39,978 nt of DNA from Planctomycetota bacterium (GTDB lineage Bacteria > Planctomycetota > Phycisphaerae > WQYP01), in contig JAJZVR010000003.1 of assembly GCA_021847065.1 (NCBI GenBank), positions 1 through 39,978 of the forward strand. Reading direction: 5' to 3'. Below the pieces are notes generated by a model. The model worked only from the letters and a program-made list of their open reading frames with translations. It made no database searches and had not been told where the DNA came from. Below are positions 1 to 9,021 of this stretch, piece by piece. Position numbers and translations under genes: made by a program. Positions within the stretch are counted from its first letter, which is position 1; every line of letters begins with the position of its first letter.

Positions 1-87
1 GACATAAATATAGCGAGGAGTGATGACGCCGCAGATGCCCTGCAAAAAATCAAAGTCAGGCCTGCGGGCCTATCACGCACCCTCTGG

Positions 88-296
88 GATCGCGCGATTA
101 TCGCCCGCATGGCGGCGATGGCATCATAGTTACCGTTCGCCTGCGGCTTAGGGTTGGGGGGCAATCGTGCATCACTGGCCATTGCGCGGCGAATAAGGGC
201 GCGGTACTCCGATGCCGGAACCAGAATAAAGGTCTTGCCGTTAACGGTCAGAGTCCCGGTGTTTCTACGCTTCTTAGTTTCCATTTCTGCCAGCAT
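88..296 (-). pseudogene. HigA/XRE-type antitoxin, N-terminal part only (HTH missing or degenerate)
   Basis: Not in the ORF track. ATG at 296 gives MLAEMETKKRRNTGTLTVNGKTFILVPASEYRALI...LPPNPKPQANGNYDAIAAMRAIIAR, resembling N-termini of HTH antitoxins that follow RelE genes. Resemblance stops near 88; that end is approximate. Confidence 0.6.
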
Positions 297-300
297 AGTA

Positions 301-405
301 TTAATCCTCGTAGACATCCTTACGGTGGCCGATAGCTTCAATCACGACACGGTCGCCGTGTGGCCGGAACACAATCCGGTAGACGCCGGTGCGGATACGA
401 AAACA
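301..405 (-). pseudogene. RelE/ParE-family toxin, C-terminal fragment
   Basis: Minus frame reads CFRIRTGVYRIVFRPHGDRVVIEAIGHRKDVYED*, the RelE C-terminal pattern (RIRxGxYR...IGHRxDVY). No start codon; the preceding in-frame codon is the TGA of the upstream gene. Confidence 0.8.
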
Positions 406-1230
406 TCAACGCGGCAGAGCGTTGATCGCGTCAGCATGCCATTCCCAAAGCTGTTTTAGTTTTGGCTCAAGACCCGGAGTGGTTCCGGCGATTCCAAGAA
501 TGTCGCAGGCAAGTATTGTTCCCTCATGCGAAAACTCAAAAGCGTAAAGATAACCTGCTCCTACGTAGCTCTCAATCCCCTCAAAATCCCGACCATGGAG
601 CGCCGACGATCCGGAATGCACAAGCCAACTCAAAACGGGGTACGTTTCCCGGTAAATATCGGTGAACCTTGTTCCCAACTTCTCCGCCCGCTTCAGGATG
701 TTCGCTTCTCCGGTCCAGTGCTTCGGCCAGCTCGGTTCCCCGGTGCTGGGATTTTTTCCCCACACGCGGCCAACAACCGCCGCGATCGACTCGCCCTGAT
801 CCGCCACCCTCATAATTTCACTGAATTTCTCCGCGGAGATTCGCGAGTCCGGTGTTGCATTTCTGTACTTAAGTATCCTGCGTGCCGAATTATAGCGGTC
901 TACGCGGGGAAATTCACGAAACCTCTCCAGCCATTCCGGCCCCGGGTATTGTTCCAGCCATTTCAGATCAAGCAACTGCTCAAAAAGGCAGCGAGCCCCC
1001 GCGCCGATGGCCTGCACGTCGCTCGTTTGCCTTAGTTTCGCGAGGCTCCGCATCCATAGAACCATGCGTGCGTACGCCTCGTACACGGTCGCGTCCAGCC
1101 TCCGGTTCTGGCGGGAGTTGTCGTCTTTGAGCAAGCATAGCGCATGCAGCGCACCGGCATTGGCGAACTCGCCCATTTCATCCAGAAGGCCAATCGCTTG
1201 GTGGCAAAAAGTTGTAACGGGTGTTTCCAT
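406..1230 (-). CDS. DUF5677-like helical protein (possibly HEPN-related)
   Basis: Motifs ARCLFE and YPVLSWLVHS match the RxxxE / YxxLSxxxH pattern. ATG at 1230 follows AAAAGGGAAC. Confidence 0.6.
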   Translation of the reverse strand: METPVTTFCHQAIGLLDEMGEFANAGALHALCLLKDDNSRQNRRLDATVYEAYARMVLWMRSLAKLRQTSDVQAIGAGARCLFEQLLDLKWLEQYPGPEWLERFREFPRVDRYNSARRILKYRNATPDSRISAEKFSEIMRVADQGESIAAVVGRVWGKNPSTGEPSWPKHWTGEANILKRAEKLGTRFTDIYRETYPVLSWLVHSGSSALHGRDFEGIESYVGAGYLYAFEFSHEGTILACDILGIAGTTPGLEPKLKQLWEWHADAINALPR

Positions 1231-1234
1231 AAAG

Positions 1235-2560
1235 TCAGTTCCCTTTTTGCGGCGCGATTGCATGGGGCAGCGCGCTTGGTTTTTTGCCCTCTTCGGCCTC
1301 GGCGAGCGATGCCGATGCCTCCCCGAGCTCGTGCAATGCGAGCAGCGCAGACTCCCTCCAGTTCGTTATTTTTCGTGCCATTCCCCTGATCGTTTCCAGT
1401 TTCGGTGATGATTTTTCCCACGGTATATCGGAATATTCTGGAATGAGCGGCGCATTGTCATCTGCGCCGGTCACGTAATGGGCACCCGGCTCACCAGGTA
1501 TGTCCGTAGGATCGACAATTACGTGCGTAAAGAATGGCCCCGCGCCCCTTATGTGGTAATATCGGGAAAGAAAACGATTTGTGGTGCCGAATGCCGCGCA
1601 GCATCTAAAGAAGGCGTCTCTTATCGCCGGGCTCCCCTTGAGGCACCCGGCATTTTCGCAAGCCCGAATCCCAAAGTAGGCCCGCTGGTCGGCAAATTGC
1701 GTTTGCGTTCCCGCTGCAGCCACCGGCATGTGTTTCATGATACAGAATAGGTCGTAGCGGCGCAGCGACCCCGGCCCGATCTTTCGTATCAGCTTCAGTC
1801 GGATGCCGTACGGGGTGGTGAGTGAGTCAGCCCGCATGTTAAATGGCGGATTGGAGAATGCACCATCAAGGCTCGATCCGCAAGCGATCTCCGCCCCCAC
1901 ATATTTTATCACCGCCCGCAAACTACGAAGTTGATTCACGCGGGAGTTATTTTCTTTCGTGAACGCCAATCGTGGATTAGCGATCCACTTGTCCACGGTT
2001 CGCCTCAGGAGGTTTTCCTGTATCCACAAACATCGCGGATTAAAAAAATACACTGACGGGCGTATCGAACCTCCGGGAAATCCGGTGAAATATTTCTCCG
2101 AGGCCGGGTGCCTTGAAAAGATTTCGGAAGGCTTGTGCTTCTTAGCTTTCCCTTGTGCAACCTCGAGCACTTCCCATTCGCGGACAAGTATGCCGAGTAC
2201 GCGACGTGCGGCGGTGCCCTTGGCGTTGCAACCGGCCAAGCGGCAGTTCAAAATGGCGGTGCGGACGGCACCGTTGGTATTGGCAAATAGCTTCTTGGGG
2301 TCCGCCAGCCTAGGAATGCTTGGATCAAATTGGAATCCGCTAAACCCTACCTCGTAAAAAGATTGCCGTGCCGTTAAAGCCGTGTCCGCGCCAAGCCGCG
2401 CCTGCAAGCGGCGGAGCGCCATTGACTGCTTTGGCGTTATTGCAAGCGCGGGTGCCAGTGGTCGTGCGGTTGACACCGCCTGCTGCGCCATGGCTGCGGA
2501 CGGGTGGAACAGAAAAGATAGTGCTACCGCCAGCACTGATGCAATGATACGCTTCCCCAT
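1235..2560 (-). CDS. Hypothetical exported protein, probably with a chimeric C-terminus
   Basis: ATG at 2560 after GAGGTG; signal peptide MGKRIIASVLAVALSFLFHPSAAMA/QQ. ORF track extends to 2749. No recognised domain. Confidence 0.55.
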   Translation of the reverse strand: MGKRIIASVLAVALSFLFHPSAAMAQQAVSTARPLAPALAITPKQSMALRRLQARLGADTALTARQSFYEVGFSGFQFDPSIPRLADPKKLFANTNGAVRTAILNCRLAGCNAKGTAARRVLGILVREWEVLEVAQGKAKKHKPSEIFSRHPASEKYFTGFPGGSIRPSVYFFNPRCLWIQENLLRRTVDKWIANPRLAFTKENNSRVNQLRSLRAVIKYVGAEIACGSSLDGAFSNPPFNMRADSLTTPYGIRLKLIRKIGPGSLRRYDLFCIMKHMPVAAAGTQTQFADQRAYFGIRACENAGCLKGSPAIRDAFFRCCAAFGTTNRFLSRYYHIRGAGPFFTHVIVDPTDIPGEPGAHYVTGADDNAPLIPEYSDIPWEKSSPKLETIRGMARKITNWRESALLALHELGEASASLAEAEEGKKPSALPHAIAPQKGN

Positions 2561-2873
2561 GCGGCACCTCAGTAACAAACATACGGTACGCGACATTATC
2601 AGCAAAACCCGCGCCGATGCAACGGCTGCTAGGGAAATGGTCTGCGACGTGGGGCAAGGGCATGGTTTCGTCATCGCGCGTTGTTTGAACATTGTCCGGC
2701 ATCCATAGATCGGGCTTGAAACGACTGTTTGCTCGGAAGTGGTTTTCATAATTCACCTTCATCTTTTTCGGCGCACCAATGCCCGATTGACGTGAGCTAC
2801 CCGTATACCCCGGAAAAGCAGCGCCGGGCGGGCGCGTTGGCCTTTCGGTTTTCTTGCCCAAACAGCGCCAGCA

Positions 2874-3503
2874 TCAACCGGGGCCGTCGACCGGAAGACA
2901 CCCGATGGTCGCATCCGCGTTTATGCCCTTGTAAACGGTCTTAAACTGGTTTCCGAATATGTCCTCAAAGCATATCGTGATAGCGAACGGTTTCCCATAA
3001 TCCTCGACGTCGAGTTTCCTCTTGTGTAAACCGGTTGCAACGCGGATTGTCATTTCTTCCGTTCCCCCTTTCGGGGCCACGGACAGCCGCAGTTTCCGCT
3101 CTTCGCGCACCCCCAGCCAGCGGCGGTCGTCAATTTCGTCCCCGTTGCCAATTGGTGCCCCGTCTTCATAACTGAATTGGAACTTCATCCGACTGCATGG
3201 TCCGAGGCCTTGGTTCCGAACCACGAGCGAAATTTCCCATCCGCTTTCTATTTTGAAAAGCTCCCAGATACGTCCGTTTCCACGATCCTCAATTACGCAG
3301 CATGGCCTGAGCGACTGTTGGTGGTGCCGCTCGGCCTGTTTAAATGAATCCTGCGCTATGGCAATAGATTTGCATGTCTCTTCGATTGACTTCCGCGTGG
3401 CATCGGCGAGGCGCTTGGTGTACCAAGCCATCGCCGTGGTGGCGACTGCCATTGCGAATGTGGCTGCAAGCGAAATGAGGCTTATTCGGTCGGTGATGTT
3501 CAT
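2874..3503 (-). CDS. Hypothetical protein with an N-terminal membrane helix
   Basis: 209 aa; TAAGGA RBS; hydrophobic ISLISLAATFAMAVATTAMAWYT, then coiled-coil and beta-rich segments. Confidence 0.7.
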   Translation of the reverse strand: MNITDRISLISLAATFAMAVATTAMAWYTKRLADATRKSIEETCKSIAIAQDSFKQAERHHQQSLRPCCVIEDRGNGRIWELFKIESGWEISLVVRNQGLGPCSRMKFQFSYEDGAPIGNGDEIDDRRWLGVREERKLRLSVAPKGGTEEMTIRVATGLHKRKLDVEDYGKPFAITICFEDIFGNQFKTVYKGINADATIGCLPVDGPG

Positions 3504-3640
3504 GTTGATCTATCCTTAAATAATCATTTCCGCAATCCGCGGACGTTACCGGGTACGATCCGCCGCGATTACCGGCAGGTGCGTTTCCGCCCAGGTGCAA
3601 GCATGGCCGAAACCTTTCTTTTCCCCCTCGGTAACATCAA

Positions 3641-3740
3641 AACGATACGGCATACGGATTTCCTTTCCGCGGACACCTCCGCAATAAAAGACCATCCACC
3701 CCGTATAACTCCTTAGTTGTCAAATTGCCGGCAGTGTGCA
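3641..3740 (-). repeat. ~100-bp dispersed repeat, copy A (promoter/operator/RBS/start-like module)
   Basis: About 76/100 identities by hand to 6785-6883; contains TTGACA, an imperfect palindrome and GGAAAGGAAATCCGTATG. Confidence 0.8.
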
Positions 3741-3844
3741 TCGGGTCCGAAAAAGAACTGTTGGCCCAGCGGGGTGTTTACAGGGCCTGCCCGGAAACAT
3801 TCAGCGCGGGAACTTGGTGCCCTTCCGCGATGGGTCTCACCGCC

Positions 3845-5743
3845 CTATATGACCGAGGACCTCGTGCCAAGCGTGGTAGGGCGGGATTGCACGCGATCCC
3901 GGGAGTCCCTGTAGAATTGGTACGCCGACAATGCGTGGTGTGGCTCCGGGTTGCGGTTGCAGAACGCGCCTTGCTCAGCGACGTCCTTGAGGAAGGCGCA
4001 GGCGGTTCCCATGCCGCCTATTTCGATCAGAAGTGCCGCAATATGATGGCACGGTATCGGACCCGCACACCCGCAAGAGACCCGCAGCTTAGGGGCGCCG
4101 CCGTCCGCGCCACCGACGACCTTCACCTTTACCGTCACATCCATTTGTGAACTGCAATCCCCCTTAAGCGTCCCGTAAATTGTGGAAGAAATCGGGTCGA
4201 AGACAATCCGTTTTACCCGCCTGGCTATGCAATCCTGTGCCCCGGTTGCAAGCACCGCCGCAGTGAAATACTCGGCCAACCCCGTATCTGGGCCTGCGGC
4301 TGGGCTGGTGCCCGCCGAGCGATGCACGCCATCCCCTCCAGCAGCAGGTTTCACATCTCGGCAAATACCGCTGGCTCGCTGGTTGACAATCATCGCCGCG
4401 TGTTGCATCCATGGTTCCCCCCTCACTACGGAAACTTGGCGTTCCGCGTTTCGCAAGGGATGGCCGATCCGGGGGTCGGTGCCAGCCGTGCCGGAAGTTG
4501 CTGGCCTCCGAGGCTCAGCCTCCTTCGGCGGGGATGGTGGAACTACTGGTTTCGGGGCCAGTTCTTTGCTGTGTGCTGTAGGGGCGGCCGCAGCCTCGCC
4601 ACCCGCCTGCACAGGCGGCAAGTAATCGGAGGGATGCTGACGGACCGGCCCACGCGCTGGGTCAAACTGCGCTAGGTACTCAGAGGCCTTTGCGGCGTTG
4701 TCCCCGTCGAGATTGGCGGCACGGCGCGGATGGGCGGCCAATCGCGCCACAACCGTCGCGGCGTCGGCGGACTTGGGCCGCGTGCCAACTGCATCCAGGC
4801 CGCTCGCTGCGGGCACCAGCGGCTGCGCGGCCTGGTACAGGGGCAAGCCAACCGAACCGACTGTGGCCGAAAGCGAAGCGTCAGAAGCTCTGGCCGACGA
4901 ATTTGATGCGCCCGCTCGCCCACCGTTGGCTGGCGCAGACTGTGACGGGGCTTCGCTGGAGCCGTGCGTGGCCGGGACAGACGAAAGGTGGGTGTCGTCT
5001 TTAATCACTTCTTTTATCATCGCAATAAGTTTGCGGTGGTCGATTAGCTGTATCTTTTGGTCGTGCGCCCATCGAATCGCCTGTTCTGAAAAATAGGAAG
5101 TGGTAACTACGTATCCCACGGAAGCCTTCTCTTTTCCGACTTGGCCGCAGAGTGCCTGTACTGCGGGCCGCCCCACGGGCGAGCCATCGCCGTATCTCTT
5201 GCACTGGATCAGCGCGGTGGCTTCCCCTTTTCTCATCCGCGCGTCGACGCCCAGGTCATTCGATCTAGGCGTGGCACGACCTTCCCATCCGTGGAGCCGA
5301 AAAATTTCGACCACGAACAGTTCAAATTCATAGGGATCCATCTGCCGCAGGTGTTCAATACGTCGGGAGAGCCTCATCTGCTCCTCGTGCTCCTGGCGAC
5401 ACATCTCGTCTTCAAGTCGTCGCGTCGCGGCCTCCTCAATGGCGAGCGCCCTCCGGGCTACCGACATCGCCTCCCGCTCCGCAGCCTGGGCCACAGCCCG
5501 CGCTTCGTTCCTGGCAATCAGCTCGTCCATCTCCTTTCGGCATTCCGGGCACTGCACCGAGGGATCATGGTTTGTGAAGAAGCCGTGCCCGCACCGCAGA
5601 TTAAATATCCGGCGCTTATCAATTTTTCTCCGCACGACGCCCATGAGCCAGCCAACCAGCGCGATGGCGGGGAAGAAGCCCAATAACAGCACCAGCGACC
5701 ACATTTCTCTACTCCGGTAAAACCCGAAGGCCCAACGGACCAA
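3845..5743 (-). CDS. Membrane-anchored Mrr-family restriction endonuclease with C-terminal SWIM zinc finger
   Basis: N-terminal TM helix; CxH...CPEC; Mrr catalytic pattern MDPYEFE...DLGVD...IQCKRY...VVTTSYFS; Ala/Pro linker; SWIM motif CGC...CHHIAALL. Alternative ATG at 5704. Confidence 0.75.
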   Translation of the reverse strand: MVRWAFGFYRSREMWSLVLLLGFFPAIALVGWLMGVVRRKIDKRRIFNLRCGHGFFTNHDPSVQCPECRKEMDELIARNEARAVAQAAEREAMSVARRALAIEEAATRRLEDEMCRQEHEEQMRLSRRIEHLRQMDPYEFELFVVEIFRLHGWEGRATPRSNDLGVDARMRKGEATALIQCKRYGDGSPVGRPAVQALCGQVGKEKASVGYVVTTSYFSEQAIRWAHDQKIQLIDHRKLIAMIKEVIKDDTHLSSVPATHGSSEAPSQSAPANGGRAGASNSSARASDASLSATVGSVGLPLYQAAQPLVPAASGLDAVGTRPKSADAATVVARLAAHPRRAANLDGDNAAKASEYLAQFDPARGPVRQHPSDYLPPVQAGGEAAAAPTAHSKELAPKPVVPPSPPKEAEPRRPATSGTAGTDPRIGHPLRNAERQVSVVRGEPWMQHAAMIVNQRASGICRDVKPAAGGDGVHRSAGTSPAAGPDTGLAEYFTAAVLATGAQDCIARRVKRIVFDPISSTIYGTLKGDCSSQMDVTVKVKVVGGADGGAPKLRVSCGCAGPIPCHHIAALLIEIGGMGTACAFLKDVAEQGAFCNRNPEPHHALSAYQFYRDSRDRVQSRPTTLGTRSSVI

Positions 5744-5810
5744 GTGAATAATACACGCTGGTGCGAGCCGGAACCAGTCGCCGCCGTTCGCGTTGGCGAC
5801 ATTTGCGAAA

Positions 5811-5839
5811 TTAGCGGCCTTGCGTGAACTTGCTATACT
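5811..5839 (+). promoter_or_regulatory. Putative sigma70 promoter
   Basis: TTAGCG-17 bp-TATACT with extended -10 (TGc), upstream of the small ORF at 5877. Confidence 0.45.
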
Positions 5840-5876
5840 TGTGCCGCTATTGTTGCCGATTTCAAGGAGATTTCAG

Positions 5877-6002
5877 ATGGCCACATCAAAACGCGACGCC
5901 AAGCTGGCAGGGAAGGCCCTGTCGAACCGGAAGGGCTCGAAGCAGGCTAAATCCATAGCGGGATCGGATTTAGCACAAGCCAAGCGGCGCAAGAAAAAAT
6001 AG
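5877..6002 (+). CDS. Small Lys/Arg-rich protein, 41 aa
   Basis: AAGGAGA RBS then ATG; MATSKRDAKLAGKALSNRKGSKQAKSIAGSDLAQAKRRKKK. Confidence 0.7.
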   Translation: MATSKRDAKLAGKALSNRKGSKQAKSIAGSDLAQAKRRKKK

Positions 6003-6026
6003 TGAGCGCTGGAACAGGTGATATTG

Positions 6027-6797
6027 TCACCGGGATAAACCACGCTCCTTAAGGATTTGATTGAACGGTTTGTAGCCGCTTGCGGTATCTTCGATTACAT
6101 TTAGCACGGTGGGCGTAACCTGAAAAGACCTCGGATATTTCGTCCCCATTTTTTCCGCCTTTACCGCCGTTTCCTCGCAGAGAATTGCATTGACGCTCTC
6201 CAAGTGGGTATCGCGAAGCTGGCGGATCCCGCTTTGGATTACCTCATAGGCGCTTTCGCCAAAGTGAAGTGCTTCGGCGCGCTCCGGAATTTGTCCCTTG
6301 TGTGCCACATTGTTACGTAGTTCGGTCATCTTCTGGTCCAGCATTTTGGGTTCGCAGCGGTACTCGGTGAGGTAAAGAAATAGAAATGCACCAAATTGCC
6401 GCTCGGACTGTTTGGCTACATCTTTCCATGCCTTGGTGAATAGGCCCGTGTCAGCAGCGCGTCCGCGCGATATAACGCGAATGGCGAATTCAAAATATCG
6501 CTCTACGCTGCCAGCGAAGGAAAGCACGGCCTCGCGATAATACCCGTCTCTGATTCCGTTAAGCGCGATTTCGAAAAGCATTTCGTGCCGCAGGGTCTGT
6601 GTGGCAATGAGCAGATCATGGCCATTGGGGCACTTCCCCGTATACAATCCGTCGTCGCGGATCGTTTCCACGAACCACGTTCCGACACCGTCAGCCGCGC
6701 TGGCACATTGGGGACAAATAAGTGAAATTTTCGTGTTCTTCTCCTTAATTCGGTCGTATAAAGGCATCGGGCATCGTGGATTCATACGAAACGACAT
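6027..6797 (-). CDS. Zinc-finger plus HEPN-like protein
   Basis: CPQC...CPNGH at the N-terminus; RNNVAH (Rx4H) at 6300-6317 in a helical domain. Start uncertain (6839, 6797 or later). Confidence 0.65.
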   Translation of the reverse strand: MSFRMNPRCPMPLYDRIKEKNTKISLICPQCASAADGVGTWFVETIRDDGLYTGKCPNGHDLLIATQTLRHEMLFEIALNGIRDGYYREAVLSFAGSVERYFEFAIRVISRGRAADTGLFTKAWKDVAKQSERQFGAFLFLYLTEYRCEPKMLDQKMTELRNNVAHKGQIPERAEALHFGESAYEVIQSGIRQLRDTHLESVNAILCEETAVKAEKMGTKYPRSFQVTPTVLNVIEDTASGYKPFNQILKERGLSR

Positions 6798-6883
6798 AGG
6801 AATTTCTTTCCAGCGGATAGTTCCGCGATAAAAGATCATTCAAGCCGTATAACTCTGAATTGTCAAATTGTCGGCGGTGCGCT
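6785..6883 (-). repeat. ~100-bp dispersed repeat, copy B
   Basis: Homologous to 3641-3740; its ATG (6797) is in frame with the HEPN-like gene. Confidence 0.8.
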
Positions 6884-7074
6884 TGCGCTATGTACGGTTC
6901 AGAGATTTCGTCATAGTTGGTCGCCCACCATGGTATCATTTTATCGGTGTAGGCTGGATTATCTGGAGTTCTGGAAATGGCCACCGACATAGTGACTAGC
7001 GTCCGTCCATTCCGGATTACAAGGGATCAAAGTTCTGGGGCTGGCCGACGGCGTTTTTGGGGGACACCGCTCCC

Positions 7075-9021
7075 CTACCTCTCGCGGCTTCGACTCGACC
7101 CTCCAGGCCGCTCACCGGGCCCCAAACTTCGGATGGCCTTTTCAGCGCGATCGTAGGTCGCTGTCCCCTCCCCCGCACTACTTTTGGCGAGGTTCCACCA
7201 TTCTACGGCCTTGGTATGATCTTGCTGTACGCCAAGGCCGTCTTTGTAAAGCAACCCAATGTCGTACATCGCGCCCGCGCTCCCCGCAGCAGCGGCCTTC
7301 CGCCACCACCCCATGGCTTCGGTGTAATCCTGCGGCACGCCTTGGCCGCGGTTATAGAGCTTGCCGATATTGCACATTGCGCCCGTGCTTTCCGCTGCGG
7401 CGGCTCTGCGGTACCAAACCATGGCCTTGGCGGAGTCCTGCGGCACGCCTCGGCCGTAAAAATGGAGAGAGCCGATGTTATTCGCCGCATCTGCGCTTCC
7501 AGCATCAGCGGCTTTATGATACCAATCCATGGCTTTAGTGTAATCTTGCGGCACGCCGCAGCCGCCCTCGTGGAGCAGACCGATGTTGCGCATCGCCGTT
7601 GAGCTTCCCGCCGCAGCGGCCATCCGAAACCACTGCATCGCTTGGGCGAAATCCTGGCCGCCATGGAAGAACACGCCGATTTCATTCGTCGCCTCTGCAC
7701 TCCCCGCCGCGGCGGCCCTGCGATACCAGCATTTGGCCTCCACGGAGTCCTGCTGCATGCCTCGACCCTCTTCATACAAAATTCCGATGGCGTGCATCGC
7801 GTCCGCGTTCCCGCCCACAATGGCCTTGCGGAACCACCTCATCGCCTTGGCGGAGTCCTGCGGCACGCCTCGGCCTTTTTCGTAAAGAACTCCGAGGTTG
7901 TACATCGCCGTCGCATTGCCCGCAGCAGCGGCCTTCCGACACCAATCCATGGCTTTGGTAAAATCTTGTGGTATACCATGGTCGTTGGCATAGAGATTGC
8001 CGATTTCGACCATCGCACCCGCGTTGCCTGCCGTAGCGGCCGTTTGGTACCAATCCATGGCCTTGGCGTCATCCTTCGACACGCCGCAGCCGCTTCGGTA
8101 GAGCGTCCCGATCCTGCACATCGCGTCGGCGTCGCCCGCTGCGGCGGCTTTGAGGTACCATTCCATTGCCTTGCTGTGGTCTTGTTTAACCCCCGCCATG
8201 CCCCCCAGCTCGTAGCAAGACCCCAAACTGGTCATCGCCGCCGCATCGCCTGCGACAGCCGCCGTTCTGAAAACATCTGGCGAAAATTGATTGATCCCGG
8301 CACCTGATCCACGTAGCGCAGGGACGATGCCGTTATTGTGGCATTTTAGCGTGAGGTAAAACGGCGTTTCACCAAACCGGTTCTTGGCATTCACGTCGGC
8401 ATCCGCGCCTACGAGCAACCAAGCCGTCCCCTCTTGCCCAGTCTGCGCCACCCCATGTAACGGCGTGTTGCCCTCGCGATCTGCTGCCCGCGCGTTTGCT
8501 CCCTCTTGCAGAAGCAACTCCACAACCAAAAAACGCTCCCGCCAAACTGCGGCGTGCAGGGGCGTCGCGCCGCTGCTGTCGCTTGCGTTGATGTCCGCCC
8601 CGGCTGCGATCAACTGGGCCGCAACTTCAACGTGGCCTGCTTCCGCCGCGATCAGCAGAGGTGTGCGGCCATGCTTGTCACGCCCGTCAACTGCGGAGCC
8701 ACTCTTGATGAGAAGTTCCAAGACTGTGGTGTTTCCGAGCGATGCCGCCGCGCACAAAACCGGTTCACCCTCTCCATTAACCGCGTTCGCTCGCCCCTGA
8801 TCATGCTCCAGAATAGCTTTTACCCGTGCCGCGTCGCCGGAGCGCACCGCTTCAAAAATATCAGATGCAGCGGCGACGGCGCGGGCCTCGTCCGCGTACC
8901 GAATAATGTCGCGCAGGCCGCGGTCCACCAGCGCGTTCGATGGGCGCATTATGATGCCAAGGTTCCCGGAGCGCACGATATGTTCGCCTGGCGGTGCGGG
9001 TTGGTCATTTCCTTCGCTCAC
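7075..9021 (-). CDS. Ankyrin-repeat plus Sel1-repeat protein
   Basis: About 5-6 ankyrin repeats (GxTPLHxA) then 10 Sel1 repeats (AMxxIGxLYxxGxGVPQDxxKAMxWxxKAAAAG). GTG start overlaps the upstream stop (GTGA). Confidence 0.9.
   Translation of the reverse strand: MSEGNDQPAPPGEHIVRSGNLGIIMRPSNALVDRGLRDIIRYADEARAVAAASDIFEAVRSGDAARVKAILEHDQGRANAVNGEGEPVLCAAASLGNTTVLELLIKSGSAVDGRDKHGRTPLLIAAEAGHVEVAAQLIAAGADINASDSSGATPLHAAVWRERFLVVELLLQEGANARAADREGNTPLHGVAQTGQEGTAWLLVGADADVNAKNRFGETPFYLTLKCHNNGIVPALRGSGAGINQFSPDVFRTAAVAGDAAAMTSLGSCYELGGMAGVKQDHSKAMEWYLKAAAAGDADAMCRIGTLYRSGCGVSKDDAKAMDWYQTAATAGNAGAMVEIGNLYANDHGIPQDFTKAMDWCRKAAAAGNATAMYNLGVLYEKGRGVPQDSAKAMRWFRKAIVGGNADAMHAIGILYEEGRGMQQDSVEAKCWYRRAAAAGSAEATNEIGVFFHGGQDFAQAMQWFRMAAAAGSSTAMRNIGLLHEGGCGVPQDYTKAMDWYHKAADAGSADAANNIGSLHFYGRGVPQDSAKAMVWYRRAAAAESTGAMCNIGKLYNRGQGVPQDYTEAMGWWRKAAAAGSAGAMYDIGLLYKDGLGVQQDHTKAVEWWNLAKSSAGEGTATYDRAEKAIRSLGPGERPGGSSRSRER

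Noticed and set aside
1-129. Possible 3' end of a plus-strand gene entering the window
   Set aside because: Open frame (DINIARSDDAADALQKIK...*) but too short to support a call.
3700-3770. Integron attC site
   Set aside because: GTTATAC core is present but there is no matching inverse core or long hairpin in either repeat copy.
7200-8250. CRISPR-like or DGR repeats
   Set aside because: The ~108-bp periodicity is explained by coding Sel1 units; no spacers, cas genes or reverse transcriptase.
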